From Promethearchaeota archaeon (GTDB lineage: Archaea; Asgardarchaeota; Lokiarchaeia; Sigyniarchaeales; SOKP01), in the NCBI GenBank assembly GCA_016926735.1, contig JAFGOA010000201.1:1-23231 (forward strand): a stretch of DNA of 23,231 nucleotides. The letters are read 5' to 3'. The notes below the pieces were generated by a model that saw nothing but the letters and a program-made list of their open reading frames with translations, was not told the DNA's origin and did not search any database. A program made the position numbers and the translations under genes. Of this stretch, positions 17,341 through 23,231 are shown in pieces. Position 1 is the stretch's first letter. Every line of letters starts with the position of its first letter.

Positions 17341-17700
17341 TCATGTTATAATTTTATCATAATCTAGTTCAAAATGGAATTTATTTTTCCATTCTTCTAA
17401 ATTTTCAAAAAGAATATCCCTATCAATTTCTAAATATTCAAGAAAATGATTTAATTGAATACTTTTTACTCCTTTTAAAATTTTTTTTATCTTATCTTCA
17501 ATTATTATTAAATTAGGTTCTCTCTTTTTTCTTGATCTTAGTTCCCTTAATAATTCAAAATTATTACTATTATTAAAAAAATATTGAACAATATTATTGA
17601 TAACAGCAGCTTGAGTTCTTCCAAAAACTCCAACTAAGTCATCAATCATATCCATATATATTTTACTGAGAGTAACCGTGGTTCGTTTTACATCTGTCAT
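17341..17700 (-). CDS. Ribbon-helix-helix (CopG/MetJ-like) DNA-binding protein with C-terminal extension
   Basis: KRTTVTLS beta-ribbon, helix A, G-R-T turn, helix B (QAAVINNIVQYF). Confidence 0.75.
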   Translation of the reverse strand: MTDVKRTTVTLSKIYMDMIDDLVGVFGRTQAAVINNIVQYFFNNSNNFELLRELRSRKKREPNLIIIEDKIKKILKGVKSIQLNHFLEYLEIDRDILFENLEEWKNKFHFELDYDKIIT

Positions 17701-17759
17701 TGTTTTAAAATAAAAAAATTTATTCTTGATTTTAGAATATTTTTCTTAATATATATTTT

Positions 17760-17778
17760 TATGTTAATCTATGTTAAT
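17760..17778. promoter_or_regulatory. Direct repeat TATGTTAAT x2 at 10-bp period; candidate operator upstream of the RHH gene
   Basis: TATGTTAAT-C-TATGTTAAT, 60 bp upstream of the RHH start. Confidence 0.35.
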
Positions 17779-17855
17779 AATGCATAAATAAGCATCATTT
17801 ATATATGAAATTGATTTAATTAATATTATAGAACTTATAAAAAAGAATAAAATTC

Positions 17856-17880
17856 AAAATGTCGAAAAATTGTCGATTTT
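17856..17880. promoter_or_regulatory. TGTCGA x2 repeat; candidate operator upstream of the wHTH gene
   Basis: AAAATGTCGAAAAATTGTCGATTTT: two TGTCGA at 11-bp period in otherwise AT-rich DNA, about 25 bp before the start codon. Confidence 0.4.
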
Positions 17881-17902
17881 AGAATAAAATGGAGGAAAAA
17901 TT

Positions 17903-18160
17903 ATGGCTAACAATATTTTATATACTAAATTTATGGATGAAAATTTTTTATTATCTCCCATCCAAAATAATCTTATAAGACTTTTAAAAAATGATGGGCC
18001 ATTAACACGAAAACAAATAGTAAATCAATTGGATACCCCTAGAACTACGGTTTTTGATAATTTAACAAAATTGCAAAAAAGAAGAGTTGTAGAAAAATTC
18101 TCTAGAAATAATGGAAAAAGAGGACGACCAAAGGTATATTGGAGAATTAAAAATAACTAG
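17903..18160 (+). CDS. Winged-helix transcriptional regulator (TrmB/MarR-like)
   Basis: LLKNDGPLTRKQIVNQLDTPRTTVFDNLTKL....VVEK......RGRPKVYW; GGAGG SD. Confidence 0.9.
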   Translation: MANNILYTKFMDENFLLSPIQNNLIRLLKNDGPLTRKQIVNQLDTPRTTVFDNLTKLQKRRVVEKFSRNNGKRGRPKVYWRIKNN

Positions 18161-18161
18161 A

Positions 18162-18178
18162 TTTTTTTCTTTTTTTTT
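18162..18178 (+). terminator. Oligo-T archaeal terminator candidate
   Basis: T-rich run interrupted by one C immediately after the wHTH stop codon. Confidence 0.45.
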
Positions 18179-18336
18179 AAATTTTATGATATCGATATAT
18201 TATTCAATTTATTATAGAAATACGATTTCTAAATATAATTATATTATTTTATTTTAGTCTGATTTCATAATAATTAAATTTAAAAGATTTCAAAAGATCT
18301 ATTGTTTAATTTTATTAAAACATTTCTGGATATAAG

Positions 18337-18912
18337 ATGGTTCTTATAGAATATAATGGAAAAAAACCAATTATAAGTGAAAATGCTTATGTCTCCCCTC
18401 AGGCTACACTAATAGGAGATATAAAAGTAAATGATAATGTAATCATTTGGCCTGGAGCTATAATTCGAGCTGAAAGTTCACAAATCAGTATAAGTGAATA
18501 TACCACCATATTCGATGGAGTTATATTATTGACAAGGTCATCTAAAAGTTCTATACATATTGGTAGATATTGTATATTAGATTCAGGAGTTACTATATTA
18601 GGATGTTTTATGGAAGACTATGTTCAAATTATGGAGGGAACTATGATTTTTGAAGAAACATCCATAGGAGAAGGATCTGTCATTTTAAATAATAGTCAAG
18701 TACCTCCTGGACTAGTAATTCCCGCTAGATCCGTTATGAGGGGTGTACCTGTTGAATTAATACGAGAACAAACTAGAAATGATGTTTTAGAACAAAAAGA
18801 AAGAGCTCATTATTATTCTAATCTATTTACAAAAATTAAAAATCATATGCCTAATGCTCAAGGATATATGCTTTCTTTTTCTGATTTTATGAAATTTATG
18901 TTGGAAAAATAG
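18337..18912 (+). CDS. Gamma-carbonic-anhydrase-like left-handed beta-helix protein, lacking Zn-binding histidines
   Basis: YrdA/Cam-like N-terminus (GKKPIISENAYVSPQATLIGDI...IWPGAIIRAE), hexapeptide repeats, VPPG..IP..SV..GVP, C-terminal helix with A..Y. Confidence 0.85.
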   Translation: MVLIEYNGKKPIISENAYVSPQATLIGDIKVNDNVIIWPGAIIRAESSQISISEYTTIFDGVILLTRSSKSSIHIGRYCILDSGVTILGCFMEDYVQIMEGTMIFEETSIGEGSVILNNSQVPPGLVIPARSVMRGVPVELIREQTRNDVLEQKERAHYYSNLFTKIKNHMPNAQGYMLSFSDFMKFMLEK

Positions 18913-18940
18913 AAAGAAAATGATAAAAAAAAAAAATAAA

Positions 18941-19828
18941 TTATATTTTAAAATTTAATTTTTTTACTATATCTTTATACCTAGAACGTAGAGTAACTTC
19001 AGTAACTCCAACTAGACTAGCAATTTCTTTTTGAGATATTTTTTTATTATAATTTTTACAAATAAAATAAAGAGCACCTGCACATAATCCTTTAGGATCT
19101 TTACCACTTATAGAATAATTTGATGTAAAACTCTTTAAAATTTTAATAGTTGAGTTCTCTGCCTCTGTATTTAGACCTAATTCTGCAACATAACGGGGAA
19201 TGAGAGAAATTGGATCGGTTGAAGGTACTTTTAAATTTAATTCACGTATAATTGTACGATAACATCTTCTTACATTTTTTGCATTTATAGATGATTCTTC
19301 TAATATTTCTTGTAATGTTCGTGGAATTCCCCTTTCCCTACAAGCAAAATATAAACAAGCTGCAACCATACCATTAATAGATCTTCCCCTTAATAATTTC
19401 TTTTTAAAAGCATCAATGTATATCCTGATTGCGGTCTTTTTTACATGTGAAGGAAGATTAAGATTACTCCCTATTCTTTTTAACTCTGTTGTTGCAATCA
19501 GCATATTTCGTTTATCCCATGTCATTCTAGAATTCCATTTTGCAGCTCTCTTTAAATCTGGACTTTTTATATTAGTTTTATCAATAATTGTACTCAATCC
19601 CATATCTGGAAGTAGTATTGAGATTGGTGAGCCTGTTCTTTCTCTCCTTTCTTTTTCATTTTTAGTAAAAGCTCTTTTTCCACTATGAGCAACATCTACT
19701 ATTCTCTCACTGACAACTAACCCACATTGGCTGCATACATTTTCTCCTTTCTCTTGAATTGGTATGATCTTTCCTCCACATTCTGGACAAGAACTTGATA
19801 ATAGACTTATATCTGATTTTACTTCCAT
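18941..19828 (-). CDS. tfb: Transcription initiation factor IIB
   Basis: Zn ribbon CPECGG...VCSQCGLV, RAF...RERTG, LLRGRS, PRTLQEI, GKDPKGLCAGALY, GVTEVTLRSRYK; ATG 19828 preceded by GGTGA. Confidence 0.97.
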   Translation of the reverse strand: MEVKSDISLLSSSCPECGGKIIPIQEKGENVCSQCGLVVSERIVDVAHSGKRAFTKNEKERRERTGSPISILLPDMGLSTIIDKTNIKSPDLKRAAKWNSRMTWDKRNMLIATTELKRIGSNLNLPSHVKKTAIRIYIDAFKKKLLRGRSINGMVAACLYFACRERGIPRTLQEILEESSINAKNVRRCYRTIIRELNLKVPSTDPISLIPRYVAELGLNTEAENSTIKILKSFTSNYSISGKDPKGLCAGALYFICKNYNKKISQKEIASLVGVTEVTLRSRYKDIVKKLNFKI

Positions 19829-20097
19829 TATTTTCACCCTTAACTATTTATCATTAAAAATATTAAATTTATTAATGTATAAATGATTCAACCCAAGTAA
19901 TGATAAACTTACGTAATCGTGACTGATTAAAAGTTACCCGATGCAAATGATCTATATTTAATTCTAGTATTTAAATCTTTGCTTTTTCTTAAAAGAACTA
20001 TTAATTATATGAAAAAAAAAATTATATAGGTCACATCCAAATTGAAATTTAAAATTCAAAGGATATTAAATATATATTTTTCTAATATCTTAAGATA

Positions 20098-21483
20098 ATG
20101 AATATAATAGATGATTTTGATATTGAATCCCTAATAATAAACTTTTTAGAGTCAAAAGGAATTATAAAGGCATGTCTACTCTTTAAATTAGAAAAATGGA
20201 TGATAGAACATTATTCAAAAAGATATAAATTTACAAGAAAAGATATAAATAAGAGCATTATCTCACTTTTAAAAAAAAAAAGAATCAATATAATAATCCT
20301 CCCAATTTTTAAAATTACATGGAGGGTTAAAGAATTGAATCATTTGAAATATTTAGAAGATGGAACTTATCTTACAAGAGTAATTAAAACAAAAATGAAT
20401 AGTTTAGAACAAAAGGATTTTAGTTCTAGAAAAATTGATACAAATAATGACTATAAAATCAATAAATTAATCCAAAACTTTCTTGAATTAAGAGGAGAAA
20501 AAAGAAGAAAAATAATTCTCACTCTCTCCACAAATAATAACTCTTTAGATATTTTTGATAATTTTAAAGAAAATTTTTATATAAAAACATCTAATAATCA
20601 CATCCCCTTTTGTGAAAAAATAAAAAATAAAATCAAAATTCCTCTAAAAGAACAAGAAAATTATCAATTAATAATATATAAGTATAGAAAAAAATACATG
20701 TGTTTTTATGTTACCATAATAGAAGCAATTCAAAATATTCTTTTTTATTTAACTTCTCAAAAAAAAAAACCATCGAATTACAAAATGAAAATAAGTGATT
20801 TTACAACAAAATTTGCATTTTATTGTGATTCATTTGTTAACAGTGATTGGATTGATTTAAAACCAAATTCCTACAGATGGGAGTCCTTTTTTAAATATTA
20901 TAATATTCCAATATCAATAAATCTATTGTTTAAAAATATAAAATTTACTGGGAGAACTTTTGAATTACATTTAAAATTTAATTATGAAATAAAAATTAAA
21001 AAATATGCGAAATTAACTATACAAAATCTTAAAAGATTTGGATATTCAATAAAAAAAAAAGATATGGAGACCTTCTCTATTGGATATACTCATAATGCAT
21101 TTATTCCATGTTCTTCAATAGAATATTTTTATTTTTGTGGAAAATATTTTTTTTATTATCATCTTTTTCTTATATTTCATCATTCATTTGCCTATATCAA
21201 AAAAGAATATCCTCTTTGTAAATTTTCTCGAACAGATAAAGATTTATATAAGATATTTTTACCAATTGCAAAATTAATATCTAATTTTAAAGAAAATCAA
21301 CTGAATAGGAATATAATTTTTAAATATTATACAAAAAATACTGAAGAACTGGAGATAATCTATAATAAATTTCTTCTACCATATATAAAACCAATAGAAA
21401 AAAAATTATATAATTATTTTTTAATAAGAAGTTCATTTATTAAAAACCCAAACAATAATTCCATAAAACCAATTGCTATCTAA
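20098..21483 (+). CDS. Hypothetical protein
   Basis: 461 aa open frame; possible N-terminal helix-turn-helix-like segment; no motif recognised. Confidence 0.55.
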   Translation: MNIIDDFDIESLIINFLESKGIIKACLLFKLEKWMIEHYSKRYKFTRKDINKSIISLLKKKRINIIILPIFKITWRVKELNHLKYLEDGTYLTRVIKTKMNSLEQKDFSSRKIDTNNDYKINKLIQNFLELRGEKRRKIILTLSTNNNSLDIFDNFKENFYIKTSNNHIPFCEKIKNKIKIPLKEQENYQLIIYKYRKKYMCFYVTIIEAIQNILFYLTSQKKKPSNYKMKISDFTTKFAFYCDSFVNSDWIDLKPNSYRWESFFKYYNIPISINLLFKNIKFTGRTFELHLKFNYEIKIKKYAKLTIQNLKRFGYSIKKKDMETFSIGYTHNAFIPCSSIEYFYFCGKYFFYYHLFLIFHHSFAYIKKEYPLCKFSRTDKDLYKIFLPIAKLISNFKENQLNRNIIFKYYTKNTEELEIIYNKFLLPYIKPIEKKLYNYFLIRSSFIKNPNNNSIKPIAI

Positions 21484-21558
21484 AAAATAATAATTCTTTT
21501 CAAATTATTGTTTATTATTTTTGGGGTTTTTATATCTATTTTAAAAAAAAAATATAAA

Positions 21559-23124
21559 ATGATCAAGAAAGTTCTATTTATCCAACCATTCTCTCTTATA
21601 GACGAACATTTGTCTAATATATTATTAACATGGCCTATATATTTGGAAAATTATCTTAGATTCAAATGTTCGAATTTAGAATTTGATATTTTATATTTAC
21701 CTATAGAACAAAAAAAAAAGAACATAAACATAAATGCCTATAGTAAAGATCAAATGAAATTATTTGAAATTCAAATGAATAATTTAATTTCAAAATTAAA
21801 ATTTGATATTGATGATAAAACAATAATCTGTATATCCTGTACTTTTAGTTCTTTAGTAATACCAACAAAATGGGTTGTTAGATTTTTTAATCGATATTTT
21901 CATAGAGCTATTATAATTTTAGGTGGGATACATATCTCGGTTTTGAATAAAGATTATTTAGATGATAATCTACATATAGATTATTTTATTCAAGGAGAAG
22001 GGGAAGCCCCTCTCTATGATCTTATAAAACGAGACTTAGGAAAAAGAAAAAATACTTATCTAATAAAAAATGAATTATTATATAATCTAGATGAATTACC
22101 TATTCTTAATCTTTCAGAGCTTTCTATAATTAAATACATAAGATATTCCTCCAATTTATCTATTTCTTTAAGCAGGGGGTGTCCCTTTAATTGCCATTTT
22201 TGTATTGAAAAAACATTATCATGCATAAATAAAGATATCAGACGATGGAGAGTCTTCTCACCTTCTCGGGCATTTACTGAAGTAAAAAATATGATAGAAA
22301 CAGGTGAAGAATATGGTATTAAAGAATATGGATTTATAGACAGCATTTTTGGATTGAATAAAAATTGGGTAAATAAATTTTTAGATCTTTATAATTTTGA
22401 GGATTATAAGCCTATTTGGGTTGAAACAAGATTGGATATAATGAATGAAAAATTAATTACTAAGCTATGTAAAAAAAGATTTTATAATATGTACGGATTA
22501 GAAAGTTTATCTCCGAATATTTTAAAGATTATGAATAAGACTAATAATTCAAAAAAATATTTAGATAAGTTTTGGAATATATTAGATATTCATAAAAAAT
22601 TAGAACATACATGCGCAATAAATATTATAATAGCTCACCCTGGAGAAACAAACCATTCTCTAAAAATGACATTCAAAAATTTAGAGAAAATAACGATAGA
22701 AGATAATGAAGATAATATATACCTAAACATTAGATATTATCATCATTTTCCAGGTACATATATTTATAATCATCAAAATGAATTTAAGGAAAGATATGGA
22801 ACGATATTTTATCCTATTTCAAAAGATTGGTGGAATTCTAACAATTTATCTATTCAAAGATTTGCACCAATGTGTATTAAACCATCAACAAAATTATCCC
22901 TAAGAACATCAATGAATATGTTCATAGAAAATTATTTAAGATTAAATAAGTATAATTTGGAAAAATTAAAAAAAAATAAACTGGATCCGTTCTCTCGTCT
23001 TCAAAAAGCAATTATTATAAAGAAAACTAATAGTAAATTAATAGGTTTAGCGAATGAATTTCTTAATTTCTTAGACTTTTATCATGACAATTCAAGAACA
23101 CTCCCTTTTTTAGGGGGGAGATGA
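21559..23124 (+). CDS. B12-binding radical SAM protein
   Basis: KKVLFIQP start, IILGGIHIS and GEGE (cobalamin-binding domain), SRGCPFNCHFC (CxxxCxxC), GLES, HPGET, PGT. ATG 21559 preferred over TTG 21508. Last 13 residues come from the IS left end. Confidence 0.92.
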   Translation: MIKKVLFIQPFSLIDEHLSNILLTWPIYLENYLRFKCSNLEFDILYLPIEQKKKNININAYSKDQMKLFEIQMNNLISKLKFDIDDKTIICISCTFSSLVIPTKWVVRFFNRYFHRAIIILGGIHISVLNKDYLDDNLHIDYFIQGEGEAPLYDLIKRDLGKRKNTYLIKNELLYNLDELPILNLSELSIIKYIRYSSNLSISLSRGCPFNCHFCIEKTLSCINKDIRRWRVFSPSRAFTEVKNMIETGEEYGIKEYGFIDSIFGLNKNWVNKFLDLYNFEDYKPIWVETRLDIMNEKLITKLCKKRFYNMYGLESLSPNILKIMNKTNNSKKYLDKFWNILDIHKKLEHTCAINIIIAHPGETNHSLKMTFKNLEKITIEDNEDNIYLNIRYYHHFPGTYIYNHQNEFKERYGTIFYPISKDWWNSNNLSIQRFAPMCIKPSTKLSLRTSMNMFIENYLRLNKYNLEKLKKNKLDPFSRLQKAIIIKKTNSKLIGLANEFLNFLDFYHDNSRTLPFLGGR

Positions 23125-23231
23125 ATTAAATTGTAGGTTTTAAATGAAATATACTAATTCTATTCTCTCCTATATCATAATAATGATTTCATCTATACAC
23201 TTCTATCTATGTCGAGTAATCATTCGATGAA
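23083..23231 (+). mobile_element. Left end and tnpB start of an IS200/IS605-family element (copy B2), truncated by the window edge
   Basis: TTTAT at 23078-23082; ungapped manual alignment to the reverse complement of 15770-15918 gives about 128/149 identities; left-end hairpin CTCCCTT...GGGGGAG; ATG 23209 MSSNHSM matches B1 MSSNHAM. Confidence 0.92.

Noticed and set aside
19416-19688. 90-aa plus-strand ORF
   Set aside because: Antisense to tfb.
19880-20040. Possible C/D-box sRNA (ATGA...CTGA) or a fifth IS right end (TATAGGTCAC near 20025-20034) upstream of tfb
   Set aside because: No proper RUGAUGA box, no hairpin before TCAC and no matching left end.
22056-22346. 96-aa minus-strand ORF
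   Set aside because: Antisense to the radical SAM gene.
1-23231. CRISPR array, tRNA or rRNA
   Set aside because: No regularly spaced repeats or GC-rich structural RNA signatures seen.

Overview
Very AT-rich archaeal chromosomal segment, most consistent with an Asgard (Lokiarchaeia-like) genome. Support: archaeal uL3-uL4-uL23 with a eukaryote-like VACIGAWHP motif in uL3, class I LysRS, ABCE1, TFB, Sec11-type signal peptidase and a stand-alone V4R protein. Housekeeping genes are interspersed with three kinds of accessory content. (i) A Tad/archaeal type IV pilus-like module: secretion ATPase, leaderless pilin-like protein and membrane platform in one operon, plus a separate bacterial-type Flp pilin about 11 kb away. 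(ii) Four IS200/IS605 (tnpB, IS1341-like) derived elements, none called as such in the ORF track, all inserted directly 3' of TTTAT. They form a deletion series (519 bp, 320 bp, 192 bp, and one running off the window end); the three complete ones keep the right end that encodes the omegaRNA/reRNA, and two have replaced the C-terminal codons of host genes. (iii) A ~175 bp MITE with 19-bp perfect terminal inverted repeats. Also present: a bacterial-type class II FBP aldolase, Nif3-like and gamma-carbonic-anhydrase-like proteins apparently lacking metal ligands, a divergent RHH/wHTH regulator pair and a B12-binding radical SAM enzyme. All calls come from motif recognition and manual alignment; no database search was run.
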